64,000 nt of DNA, taken from positions 1 through 64,000 of the forward strand of contig CAXXIN010000019.1 in assembly GCA_963665275.2 (NCBI GenBank), read 5' to 3'. This DNA comes from Negativicutes bacterium (GTDB taxonomy: Bacteria; Bacillota; Negativicutes; UBA1444). Both the position numbers and the translations under genes were made by a program. This document shows, one piece after another, positions 10,166 through 19,834 of the stretch (positions are counted from its first letter, which is position 1; each line of letters begins with the position of its first letter). The notes below the pieces were generated by a model that did no database searches, had not been told where the DNA came from, and saw nothing but the letters and a program-made list of their open reading frames with translations.

Positions 10166-11833
10166 CTAGAAGAGACCGACGATCTTTCCTCTATTGTCGA
10201 TATCCATGACTTCAGCTGCCGGGCGTTTGGGCAGACCGGGCATGGTCATGATTTCGCCACAGATTGCGATCAAGAATCCTGCCCCGGCAGATACCCGCAC
10301 TTCCCGCACCGTAATCTTAAAGCCGCTGGGACGTCCGAGTTTTGTCGCGTCATCTGTGAGGGAGTATTGTGTCTTGGCCATGCAGATCGGGGTCTTGTCG
10401 AAGCCGAGAGTTGTCAGTTCAGCGATTGTTTTCGCTGCAGAAGCAGTATAGTCGACACCCGCCGCTCCATAAATTTCTTTGGCAATGGTCTCAATTTTTT
10501 CTTTAATGGGCTGTTTCACATCGTATAAGAAACGGAACTGCTTAGGTTTATCCATGGCTGCCAGCACTTTTTTCGCCACAGCTTCGCCACCGGCGCCGCC
10601 TTTGGCCCAAACTTCCGACAAGGCCACTTCGGCGCCCAGCGCCTGGCACTTTTCTTCCACGAACACCAGTTCGTCTTTGGTGTCGGTGGGGAAAGCGTTG
10701 ATGGCAACTACGGCCGGCAGGCCGAATTTACTGATATTTTCGATATGCTTGGTCAAATTATCCATCCCTTTTTCGAGCGCCACCATGTTTTGTTTGCCGA
10801 GATCGGCCTTTGGTACGCCCCCATGAGACTTAAGTGCTCTCACAGTGGTTACGATGACAACGACGTCCGGCTGGAACCCCGCGAAACGACATTTGATATC
10901 GCAGAATTTTTCCGCTCCCAGGTCAGCGCCGAATCCCGCTTCGGTAACAAGAATATCCGCCATTTTGAGGGCGAACTTTGAAGCCATGACGCTGTTGCAC
11001 CCATGAGCTATATTGGCAAAGGGACCACCATGAATAAACGCGGGAGTGTTTTCCAACGTTTGAACCAGATTGGGTTTGATAGCATCTTTGAAAAGGAGAG
11101 TCAGGGCTCCAGCCACTTTGAGATCGGCGACAGTGATTGGTTTATTATCGTATGAGTAAGCAACGATAATTTTATTTATCCGTTCTTTCATGTCGTCCAA
11201 GTCGGATGCCAAACAAAGAATTGCCATCATTTCTGAAGCCACTGCAATATCAAAGCCGCCTTCGCGGGGAATGCCGTTCGCTTTACCGCCCAGACCGAGA
11301 ACGATCTGCCGCAGTGCCCTTTCGTTCAGGTCCATGACCCTCCGCCAGGTGATACGCCGAGGATCAATGTTCAGTTCATTGCCGTGGTGGATGTGGTTGT
11401 CAATGATCGCCGCGAGCAGATTGTTGGCGGTAGAGACAGCATGGATATCTCCAGTAAAATGCAGATTAATATCTTCCATCGGCACGACTTGCGCATAACC
11501 ACCGCCAGCTGCGCCGCCCTTGACGCCGAAACAGGGACCGAGGGAAGGTTCCCGAAGCGCGATAACCACTTTCTTGCCGAGCTGGCGCAGGGCATCGCCA
11601 ATACCAACAGTATTAGTGGTTTTTCCTTCACCGGCCGGAGTCGGATTGATGGCCGTAACCAGCACCACTTTTCCGTTAGGTCGGTTTTTGATTCGTTCCC
11701 AGACATCCAGTGAAACTTTAGCCTTATATTTTCCGTAAAGCTCAAGATCATCTTCAGAGAGACCGAGCTCGATGGCCACCTGTTTGATTGGCTTCATTTG
11801 GGCGGCTTGAGCGATTTCGACATCAGTTTTCAT
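10166..11833 (-). CDS. fhs: Formate--tetrahydrofolate ligase
   Basis: [63 protein letters not shown]. Confidence 0.97.
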   Translation of the reverse strand: MKTDVEIAQAAQMKPIKQVAIELGLSEDDLELYGKYKAKVSLDVWERIKNRPNGKVVLVTAINPTPAGEGKTTNTVGIGDALRQLGKKVVIALREPSLGPCFGVKGGAAGGGYAQVVPMEDINLHFTGDIHAVSTANNLLAAIIDNHIHHGNELNIDPRRITWRRVMDLNERALRQIVLGLGGKANGIPREGGFDIAVASEMMAILCLASDLDDMKERINKIIVAYSYDNKPITVADLKVAGALTLLFKDAIKPNLVQTLENTPAFIHGGPFANIAHGCNSVMASKFALKMADILVTEAGFGADLGAEKFCDIKCRFAGFQPDVVVIVTTVRALKSHGGVPKADLGKQNMVALEKGMDNLTKHIENISKFGLPAVVAINAFPTDTKDELVFVEEKCQALGAEVALSEVWAKGGAGGEAVAKKVLAAMDKPKQFRFLYDVKQPIKEKIETIAKEIYGAAGVDYTASAAKTIAELTTLGFDKTPICMAKTQYSLTDDATKLGRPSGFKITVREVRVSAGAGFLIAICGEIMTMPGLPKRPAAEVMDIDNRGKIVGLF

Positions 11834-11844
11834 TTCGACCCCCC

Positions 11845-12714
11845 CTACTTTATCTTGTGTTGTATTTTTGTTGCGATTACCGTATTGAAGAGCAGCATAG
11901 CAATGGTCAGCGGTCCGACTCCGCCAGGAACAGGAGTGATCGCTCCGGCAATCTCTTTGACTTTTTCAAAATCGACGTCTCCGACAAGTTTTTCACCGAG
12001 CCTGTTGATACCTACGTCGATTACCGTTGCACCCGGCTTCACCATATCCGAGGTAACGAAATTGGGTTTGCCGATGGCCGCGACCAGAATATCGGCCTGG
12101 CGTGCAACTTCCGGTAAGTTTGCAGTGCGGGAATGGCAGACTGTGACGGTCGCATTGCGTGTCAGCAGCAAATTGGCCATAGGCTTGCCGACGATATTGC
12201 TCCTGCCAATGATAACCGCTTTTTTCCCTTCAATCGGTATGCCGCTGATCTCAAGCATCTTGATTACGCCGTGTGGAGTACAGGGAACCAGTCCTTCCCT
12301 GCCGATCGACAAATTACCAACATTCAACGGATGAAATCCATCGACATCCTTGTCGGCGCGTATATGGTCAAGGACATTTTCGGTATTAATATGTTTGGGT
12401 AGCGGAAGTTGAACCAGGATACCATTAATTTCAGGGTCTTGGTTCAATGCAGTTAGTTGTTCCAACAGTTCGGCTTCGCTGCTATCCGCAGACATTCGGA
12501 TAACCAACGAATGGATCCCACAATCCTCACATGCTTTGTGTTTGCGCCCGACATACACTTTGGAGGCTGGATCTTCTCCTACAATGATTACTGCTAGGTC
12601 AGGAGTCAAGTTGTATTCAGCCTTAAGAAAGGCTACATCCTTTTGGGTTTCCTCCCCAATTTTCCTGCTTATCAACTTTCCATCAAGAATTATTGAACTC
12701 AAGTTTGTTGTCAC
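11845..12714 (-). CDS. folD: Methylene-THF dehydrogenase/cyclohydrolase
   Basis: [44 protein letters not shown]. Confidence 0.96.
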   Translation of the reverse strand: MTTNLSSIILDGKLISRKIGEETQKDVAFLKAEYNLTPDLAVIIVGEDPASKVYVGRKHKACEDCGIHSLVIRMSADSSEAELLEQLTALNQDPEINGILVQLPLPKHINTENVLDHIRADKDVDGFHPLNVGNLSIGREGLVPCTPHGVIKMLEISGIPIEGKKAVIIGRSNIVGKPMANLLLTRNATVTVCHSRTANLPEVARQADILVAAIGKPNFVTSDMVKPGATVIDVGINRLGEKLVGDVDFEKVKEIAGAITPVPGGVGPLTIAMLLFNTVIATKIQHKIK

Positions 12715-12729
12715 CTCAAAAACAATTAA

Positions 12730-13989
12730 TTATTTGTCATCAAATGCGCCAGAAGGATATAACGGGAAGCGGGAAATCAACGCCTCTGCCTTTGCCTTGC
12801 AATCATCGATGTTTGCTTGATCTTCAGGTGCATTGGCAACTTGATTCATGATTCCTGCGATCTCAACAACTTCAGCCTCTTTTAACCCCCGTTGGGAGAT
12901 GGAAGTCAGGCCGATGCGAACGCCACTGGTGACAAAGGGGCTTGCTGGATCAAATGGAATCATATTTTTATTGACAGTGATCCCCACTTTCTCAAGTGCT
13001 ATCTGAAACATTTTACCGGTTATCCCTTTAAGACGAAGATCTACCAATACAATATGGTTGTCCGTACCGCCGCTGACAATGCGAAACCCGTGTGAAGTCA
13101 ATTCTTGCGCCAATTTTTTCGCATTAATGACGACTTGCTCCATAATCGCACGAAACTCAGGGGTGCCAACGTATTGCAATGAAAACGCTTTTGCTGCAAT
13201 AGTATTGAGATGGATAGAGCCTAAAGATCCCGGGAAAACACCTTTATCAAGTTTTTTGGCATGTTCCGCTTTGCATAGGATAAGACCGCTTCTCGGTCCG
13301 CAAAAAGTCTTGGTTGTCGAAGAAGAAACAAAGTCAGCATAGGGAACCGGGCTTGGAATTACACCTGCGGCTACCAACCCTGCAACATGCGCCATATCAA
13401 CCATCAGGTACGCGCCAGTTTTTTTAGCAATGTCGCTCATCCGCTTATAGTCAATTAAGCGCGGATATGAACTTCCACCTGCAATGATTAATTTGGGCTT
13501 GAATTCATCAGCGAGTTTTTCCAGCGCATCATAATCAATCTGCTCCGTTTGGGGATCAACACCGTAGAACTGGTAGTTATATACTTTTGAGAGAAAGTTC
13601 ACAGGACTGCCGTGAGTCAAGTGCCCACCTTGGTCAAGCCGCATGCTCAAAACGTTGTCTCCAGGGATCAGTATCGCCGCATATACGCCGTAATTGGCAG
13701 TTGAACCGGAATAAACTTGCATGTTTGCATGTTCAGCACCAAAAATCTTCTTTGCCCGCTCGATAGCCAAGGTTTCAATACGATCCGCTATTTGCGACCC
13801 TGCTTGAAAGCGAGCTCCTGGATAACCTTCGGTGGTCTTGTTGGTGAAAACACATCCACTTAATTCCATAACTTCGAGAGGCGCCGTACTTTCTGAAGCA
13901 ATCATTTCGATATTGTGTTCCTGACGATTCAGTTCAGCAGCAACAATTTCGTATACTTCAGGATCGGAAACATGTGTATTTTTCAGCAT
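12730..13989 (-). CDS. Divergent serine hydroxymethyltransferase-family enzyme, probably alpha-methylserine (D-alanine 2-) hydroxymethyltransferase
   Basis: SHMT fold motifs (GGHLTHG, DMAHVAGL, SGGTDNH, NKN) with non-canonical NKTTEGYPGARF, SSSTTKT and GSIHLN. Confidence 0.8.
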   Translation of the reverse strand: MLKNTHVSDPEVYEIVAAELNRQEHNIEMIASESTAPLEVMELSGCVFTNKTTEGYPGARFQAGSQIADRIETLAIERAKKIFGAEHANMQVYSGSTANYGVYAAILIPGDNVLSMRLDQGGHLTHGSPVNFLSKVYNYQFYGVDPQTEQIDYDALEKLADEFKPKLIIAGGSSYPRLIDYKRMSDIAKKTGAYLMVDMAHVAGLVAAGVIPSPVPYADFVSSSTTKTFCGPRSGLILCKAEHAKKLDKGVFPGSLGSIHLNTIAAKAFSLQYVGTPEFRAIMEQVVINAKKLAQELTSHGFRIVSGGTDNHIVLVDLRLKGITGKMFQIALEKVGITVNKNMIPFDPASPFVTSGVRIGLTSISQRGLKEAEVVEIAGIMNQVANAPEDQANIDDCKAKAEALISRFPLYPSGAFDDK

Positions 13990-14081
13990 AATAACACTCC
14001 TAACGAAATTTAATTTGATTTTAGGCCCTATTTGCTTCCACATCTCCCATAACAAACCCAGTAGTTCTTACTGCGAGATTA

Positions 14082-15233
14082 TTATTTAACCGCTCTTTCG
14101 CTAGGTCCATCACTGGATTGCTCAATCAATTGGCCCCACGGCGCGTAGGGCAATTTCAAGGCTTCCGCAACAGCCTTAAAAGTTACCTGCCCATTTACAA
14201 CATTAAGCCCTGTAGCAAGACCTTCGTTATCCTGAACCGCCTTTTTCCAACCCTTATTGGCAATTTGCAACGCATATTCTAAAGTAACGTTGGTCAATGC
14301 AAAGGTGGATGTACGCGCAACTGCGCCAGGCATATTAGCTACAGAATAGTGGACAACTCCATGTTTGAGAAAAACGGGATCGCTGTGAGTCGTAATGCGG
14401 TCAATGGTTTCTATCGATCCGCCTTGGTCAATCGCAACATCAACAATTACCGAGCCTGGACTCATGGTCTTTACCATTGTTTCGGAAACAAGTTTGGGGG
14501 CTCTGGCGCCCGGCACCAGTACTGCACCTATTAAAAGATCTGCCTTTGCAACCCATTTGGCAATATTGAAGCTATTGGACATTACAGTGGTTACTCGGCC
14601 CCCAAAAATATCGTCCAGATAAGCCAACCTTTCTGCTGACTTATCCAGAACTGTAACTCTAGCTCCCATACCGATCGCCATTTTGGCAGCGTTGGTTCCT
14701 ACGACGCCGCCACCCACAATAACCACTTGCGCAGATTCAACGCCAGGAACACCGCCAACCAATATTCCTTTTCCACCATAGTATTTTTGGAGATATTGCG
14801 CCCCGACCTGTATGGACATTCGCCCAGCAACTTCACTCATGGGCACGAGCAAGGGCAGAGCACGTCTTTCTTCAATAGTTTCGTAGGCAATACCGGTTAT
14901 TTTCTTAGCAAGTAGCGCTTTTGTCAATTCAGGCTCCGGTGCGAGATGCAAGTAAGTGAATATGATTTGGCCTTCCCTAAACAACTCGTATTCAGCTGCC
15001 AACGGCTCCTTAACCTTGATAATCATGTCAGCTGCAGCATATACCTCTTTGGCTGTTTCTACGAGCTTAGCGCCGGCATCTGTATACTCATCATCAGTAA
15101 TCCCGCTACCCATTCCGGCATTTTTCTCTAGGTAAACGGGATGACCCGCTTTTTGCATTGCTTGAACCCCGGCTGGAGTTATGCCTACACGGTTTTCATT
15201 GTTTTTTATTTCCTTAGGACATCCAATAATCAT
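14082..15233 (-). CDS. ald: Alanine dehydrogenase
   Basis: [53 protein letters not shown]. Confidence 0.96.
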   Translation of the reverse strand: MIIGCPKEIKNNENRVGITPAGVQAMQKAGHPVYLEKNAGMGSGITDDEYTDAGAKLVETAKEVYAAADMIIKVKEPLAAEYELFREGQIIFTYLHLAPEPELTKALLAKKITGIAYETIEERRALPLLVPMSEVAGRMSIQVGAQYLQKYYGGKGILVGGVPGVESAQVVIVGGGVVGTNAAKMAIGMGARVTVLDKSAERLAYLDDIFGGRVTTVMSNSFNIAKWVAKADLLIGAVLVPGARAPKLVSETMVKTMSPGSVIVDVAIDQGGSIETIDRITTHSDPVFLKHGVVHYSVANMPGAVARTSTFALTNVTLEYALQIANKGWKKAVQDNEGLATGLNVVNGQVTFKAVAEALKLPYAPWGQLIEQSSDGPSERAVK

Positions 15234-15272
15234 GAAATATTCCTCCTTAGATTTGTTCTTGCCAAATCAATA

Positions 15273-15290
15273 TTGCAAGTCCCATGCCAA
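15273..15290 (-). promoter_or_regulatory. sigma54 -24/-12 promoter for the ald-glyA-like-folD-fhs operon
   Basis: TTGGCATGGGACTTGCAA on the minus strand. Confidence 0.8.
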
Positions 15291-15441
15291 TCACTTATTT
15301 TCACAAAATACTTCTTTCAGCGTTTTCATGGAAAGCCAATATTGTCAACACATTTGCCATTTTTTTCACGTTCATTATTCATTACATAAACACGGATAGC
15401 TCTCCAATCATTTCGTAATTGAGTCAATCGTTAATGAATTT

Positions 15442-15457
15442 TTATCAATATTGATAA
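15442..15457. promoter_or_regulatory. Candidate enhancer (UAS) palindrome
   Basis: TTATCAATATTGATAA about 150 bp upstream of the -24 element. Confidence 0.55.
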
Positions 15458-15524
15458 TAGTATTCGTGTTTTCAATAACAATATATGTCATTGCTCAATA
15501 AGCAACAGAAATTCCCCTTAATTA

Positions 15525-15567
15525 TGTAATAAACGATGTCCTGAATTTCAGGACATCGTTTATTACA
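15525..15567. repeat. Perfect 21-bp inverted repeat (terminator-like)
   Basis: tgtaataaacgatgtcctgaa-t-ttcaggacatcgtttattaca. Confidence 0.85.
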
Positions 15568-15691
15568 AGTGCATATGTTCAATATCATTCTGTCCACTCT
15601 ATCTATTTGTCAAAAAAATTATCAATAACAATAATGCGAATTGCTTTGGCGCCCGTGCCTACACGTCTATATTAAATTTTTCCTGAATTAT

Positions 15692-16204
15692 TCACTTGCT
15701 AAGCCCCATAAAGCTCAAAACAGCACGAGTCATAAACATAACTACAATCGCATCTACCACTGGAACGCACAAAAGAAGGGAATGCCATTTTTTATTCACG
15801 TTCGACACAATTACAATTCGAACAAAATGACCAATAAGTGTTCCCATCGTTATGCATGCTGGAAAGAGAATCGTGGCTTGAACATCGGTAATAACGCCTT
15901 TTGAATACAGCGATGCCGCAGTAGCACATCCTGCCGCTTTTGCAAAGAATGCTGCAACCAAAGCAACGACTGCTTCTCCCGGCAAACCAAACACTGCCAT
16001 CACCGGACCTACCATTTTACCTATTATAGTCATCAATCCGGTAATTTCTAAAAACGCCACCAGAACATAAGCCAAAACCATTGCCGGAGCAACCAATTCC
16101 ACTCCTACATAAAATCCTTTTTTTGCGCCTGACACAAATTCCTCTACTAGACTGGGTTTAATATTTTGGAAATCCAGCGTGCTATTTCCAGTCTGTTCAG
16201 CCAT
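15692..16204 (-). CDS. YjiG-like gate-domain membrane protein
   Basis: EFVSGAKKG, P.MVLAYVL, PVMAVFGLPGEA; overlaps upstream partner. Confidence 0.8.
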   Translation of the reverse strand: MAEQTGNSTLDFQNIKPSLVEEFVSGAKKGFYVGVELVAPAMVLAYVLVAFLEITGLMTIIGKMVGPVMAVFGLPGEAVVALVAAFFAKAAGCATAASLYSKGVITDVQATILFPACITMGTLIGHFVRIVIVSNVNKKWHSLLLCVPVVDAIVVMFMTRAVLSFMGLSK

Positions 16205-16856
16205 TTGCGGCACCCCCTTCCATAGTCTTTTTGGCCACAACCCACTTAATATATGCACGAACCAAGTTTGCCCCAATGATTTTGACAATAAAAATCAACA
16301 GTATTATAATCCCTACTGGTAATACAGTAATTGGAAGTAAGGGTCCTCCTGTACCAAAGGTATTTGCGATCGGAGCCGATCCGGCATATTGGTAGGCGAC
16401 AAATATTGCTCGTTCCTCTTCAGTCATCATTTTGTCCTCAACCAACCCTTTTGTCATGACTGCACCTACATCAGAGCTCGTAAAACTGCTGACAAACGCC
16501 AGCCCGCTTGCGCCTGGAATCCCCATAACAGGGCGTAAAATGGGACGAAATATTATTTCTGCGGCACGTAAAGCTCCCAAAGATTCTGCAACTTGGATGG
16601 CCCCCAATGCGAACATAATCGTCGGAATAAGTGTCAATGCAAACATGAACCCCTCACGTGCACCGGCGCCGCCTTTTCCGGTAAAAATTATTCCTTTGGC
16701 GACTTCGCCGAAGTTTCCTGTTAGGACCATAAAATCCAGCGCTCGCCAAGGAGCCTCCGCCTTCCCAAACACGCCTGATAGTGATATGACGAGAATGGTC
16801 AACGACAACCATCCTTTCCACGTCACTTTATACTCTTCCTTGGTTTTTTCCGACAT
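16197..16856 (-). CDS. YjiH-like nucleoside-recognition (gate) membrane protein
   Basis: LDF..L.G.FG, GKGGAGAREGFMFALTLIP, RPVMGIPG, SSDVGA. Confidence 0.8.
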   Translation of the reverse strand: MSEKTKEEYKVTWKGWLSLTILVISLSGVFGKAEAPWRALDFMVLTGNFGEVAKGIIFTGKGGAGAREGFMFALTLIPTIMFALGAIQVAESLGALRAAEIIFRPILRPVMGIPGASGLAFVSSFTSSDVGAVMTKGLVEDKMMTEEERAIFVAYQYAGSAPIANTFGTGGPLLPITVLPVGIIILLIFIVKIIGANLVRAYIKWVVAKKTMEGGAANG

Positions 16857-16922
16857 CTCTATCCCTCCATGCTTCTCTGTATATATCAACCATAATATTG
16901 ACCATCGACAGTTCCAAATCAA

Positions 16923-18074
16923 CTACAAAGCATTAATCGACAAAGCCAACAGCTTTGCCCTTTCCACTAGGCTATCGATCAGAATATATTCTCTGTCGGA
17001 GTGGTTGAATTCCCCCATTGCGCCCATGGAACACAAGGTTGGCGCACCCGCGCGGACTGTCCAGCCGGAATCCGAAGAGCCTCCTCCGACCTTGGATTTA
17101 ACGTCAATTCCCAAAAAAGCTCCTTGTTGTTTCACGATTTCATAGAGCCATAAATTTCCATTTGTAACTTCCATTACCGTCATATTTTCCCGAAGATTGA
17201 CAACCTCCGCGCTTGTTCCTGGCACATGGATATGACTTGCTATTTGTTTTAAATTCTCAATCCCCTTGTCTCTGTCGAGAGCTGTCAAATATCGCATATC
17301 TATTGTGATTGAAGCGCTATCCGGTACCGCATTTGCTACGGTACCCCCAATAATAACTCCCGGATTAAAAGTTAATCCCTTCTCAAAATCAGTTAATTTA
17401 TTTATCTCGATAACCTTATGAGATAACGCAACAATAGCATTGGCTCCCTTTGTCAGGTCAGCGCCGGCATGTGCGGACACACCTTTTACAACTATTTTGG
17501 GATGCATGTTTCCTTTTCGTCCTACCAAAACTGCCTGGCCGGCACTCGCAGTCTCCATATTAAAAACCGCAGCCTTCCCTTTCGCTTCTTGTTCAAATAA
17601 ATCTGCAGCATTGGTCTTCGGATGATTTGTTTCTTCATCGCCACAGAAAAAAACGGTAATATTTTTGTCGTCCCATCCAGAAACATATAATGCCTCCAGT
17701 GCGAATAATGCTACTGTAATTCCGCCTTTCATATCCAGCACGCCCGGACCAAACGCTTTTCCATCTTTGATGGTGAAAGGCCTGGCCGCAACGGTGCCTT
17801 TAGAGAAAAGAGTATCCATATGACCGATAATCATGACTTCCTTGTCGGTGCTACCTCTTTTTTTGGCACGAAGGTGGGTACAGATGCCAGGGCAGTCCAA
17901 ATATTCGACTTCAAAACCCATCTCCGAGAGCTTGTCTCCGATGATTCCGGCAACTTGGGCGATCCCCTCTGGATTATCAGATCCTGAATCGATATTGACC
18001 AGCTTTTCCAAAAATCTTTTCATTTCTTCATTTTGGGTGTCAATCGCTTTTATTACCTTATCCACAGTTATCAT
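16923..18074 (-). CDS. M20A metallopeptidase (carboxypeptidase G2-like)
   Basis: LVNIDSGS, GHMDT, GPGVLDMKGG, DEE, AHAG, GGGSSD, HS.REY. Confidence 0.9.
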   Translation of the reverse strand: MITVDKVIKAIDTQNEEMKRFLEKLVNIDSGSDNPEGIAQVAGIIGDKLSEMGFEVEYLDCPGICTHLRAKKRGSTDKEVMIIGHMDTLFSKGTVAARPFTIKDGKAFGPGVLDMKGGITVALFALEALYVSGWDDKNITVFFCGDEETNHPKTNAADLFEQEAKGKAAVFNMETASAGQAVLVGRKGNMHPKIVVKGVSAHAGADLTKGANAIVALSHKVIEINKLTDFEKGLTFNPGVIIGGTVANAVPDSASITIDMRYLTALDRDKGIENLKQIASHIHVPGTSAEVVNLRENMTVMEVTNGNLWLYEIVKQQGAFLGIDVKSKVGGGSSDSGWTVRAGAPTLCSMGAMGEFNHSDREYILIDSLVERAKLLALSINAL

Positions 18075-18203
18075 CTACCCCTCTACTAATGTAGCCTTCA
18101 CCGGCTCTTAGAGATTTCTTCCTGCGAAACTTGCCATCCCCCCTCCATTTAAACTCTTCGTGCTTTCCTTCGCATATAACTCAGGGGCCTTATTATTAGA
18201 CAA

Positions 18204-18220
18204 TGCAATAATTGTGCCAA
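18204..18220 (-). promoter_or_regulatory. sigma54 -24/-12 promoter for the M20A-yjiH-yjiG operon
   Basis: TTGGCACAATTATTGCA, a perfect consensus match. Confidence 0.85.
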
Positions 18221-18393
18221 TTTATCGACATTTAATATTTCAATGGAACAAGGGGTTGATTACATACGAACATGCGCACAAAACACGCCATTCAGCGCTT
18301 TCGAAAAATTAGTTGTATTTGGTTCTGCAAGCATTCCTTGACGCTTCATCCTTGAATATTCCACCCAACCAGAGCTATAATGCAAGCCATATT

Positions 18394-18447
18394 ATTATTT
18401 CTAAGACGTTAATTATTATTTCTAATAATTAACGTCTTAGAAATAAT
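18394..18447. repeat. Perfect 25-bp inverted repeat downstream of alr
   Basis: attatttctaagacgttaattatta-tttc-taataattaacgtcttagaaataat. Confidence 0.9.
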
Positions 18448-18463
18448 CAAAAATCGCATTCAC

Positions 18464-19657
18464 TCATTTTAATTGTTTCTTCCAACCATTGAGACGATCT
18501 TCAATTCGAATATCACCTTTATATTTGAACACGCGAGGAACGCGAGCGCTTATACCGGTTAATATTTCATACGATATTGTTCCTGTCTGATTCGCCAGGT
18601 CATCCGCCGAGATAGTTTCTCCGCCTTGTCGCCCAATTAGGATTGCCTCATCCCTCACCTCAGCAGCCTCCACCTCAGTAACATCAACCATCAACTGGTC
18701 CATGCAAATCCTTCCAACGATAGGCGCCTTGCGTCCTCGTATAATTACACTGCCGCAATTTGATAATAATCTAGGGTATCCATCTGCATATCCTACAGGT
18801 AATGTCGCTATGACCGACTCCCGCTTGGTAACATATGTACAGCCATAACCGATGAATGATCCGGCAGCGATTCTTTTAATATGTGCGATGTGTGTAATCC
18901 AAGATAAGGCGGGACGCAAATCAATTTCGTGTCGTACCTCCTGAGAAGGATAATATCCGTATAAACTAATTCCTTGCCGAACCATATCAATATGTGCCTT
19001 TGGTAAATCAATAATGGCAGCACTATTTGATATATGCTTCACAATGTTGTTAAATCCAGCCGTCTGCATTTCTGCGACTCCTCTCGCAAATACTTCATAT
19101 TGAGCCATTGCATAAGTTTTATCTTCTGCATCGGCTTTTGCAAAGTGGCTGAACACGCCTTCCACTTTGACATACTCCCGGTTATCAGCCAACACCTTAA
19201 TTAATGCTGTTAAATCAATACCTGGCCTCGCACCAAGTCGATTCATCCCGGTTTCGATCTTTACGTGAACAAGAGCCGTTTTTTTTAAGTCTTTCGCGGC
19301 GCGCGATAGGGCATTTACGATTTCAATCGATGACACTCCTTGAGTTAAATCATACTTGATTACGTCATAAGCTCGATCAGAAAAAGTTGCCCCTAAAATA
19401 AGAATTGGTTTTTGTATGCCATGCTCTCGCAAAAATATTCCTTCTTCCAGAATGGCTACACTAAGATAATCGACGCCATTTTCGCAACAAGCCTTACTCA
19501 CCTCCAACGCACCATGCCCATAGGCGTCAGCTTTAACCACTGCCATGATTTTGGTTTCCTCTGCAGTTAACCTTGTAAGTTCGCAAAGATTGTGGATGAT
19601 ATTATCCACTTCAACAATGACAAAGGTGGGTCTTATTCCCTTCAATGACATTTCCAT
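18464..19657 (-). CDS. alr: Alanine racemase
   Basis: AVVKADAYGHG (PLP Lys), HVKIETGMNRLG, IGYG (catalytic Tyr), GYADG, GRICMDQ. Confidence 0.95.
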   Translation of the reverse strand: MEMSLKGIRPTFVIVEVDNIIHNLCELTRLTAEETKIMAVVKADAYGHGALEVSKACCENGVDYLSVAILEEGIFLREHGIQKPILILGATFSDRAYDVIKYDLTQGVSSIEIVNALSRAAKDLKKTALVHVKIETGMNRLGARPGIDLTALIKVLADNREYVKVEGVFSHFAKADAEDKTYAMAQYEVFARGVAEMQTAGFNNIVKHISNSAAIIDLPKAHIDMVRQGISLYGYYPSQEVRHEIDLRPALSWITHIAHIKRIAAGSFIGYGCTYVTKRESVIATLPVGYADGYPRLLSNCGSVIIRGRKAPIVGRICMDQLMVDVTEVEAAEVRDEAILIGRQGGETISADDLANQTGTISYEILTGISARVPRVFKYKGDIRIEDRLNGWKKQLK

Positions 19658-19834
19658 ATTAATTCCATTCCTTTCTAGACAATTAGTCTCTATTCAAACT
19701 TTTAATTTAATAAGCAATTATCATACCAACCTTATATACAACATCTGTTTTCACTTAACTATCCTACGATATTTTTGCAATATGTCTAAAAAAAACAGCC
19801 TACCACTAAAGGTAAGCTATTTCAAAAACCATCG

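Noticed and set aside
10166-12714. Wood-Ljungdahl/acetogenesis cluster
   Set aside because: No acs, metF, methyltransferase or formate dehydrogenase genes in the window.
13990-14081. THF, ZTP or glycine riboswitch in leaders of the folate genes
   Set aside because: No recognisable aptamer consensus by eye; an Infernal/Rfam scan would be needed to exclude one.
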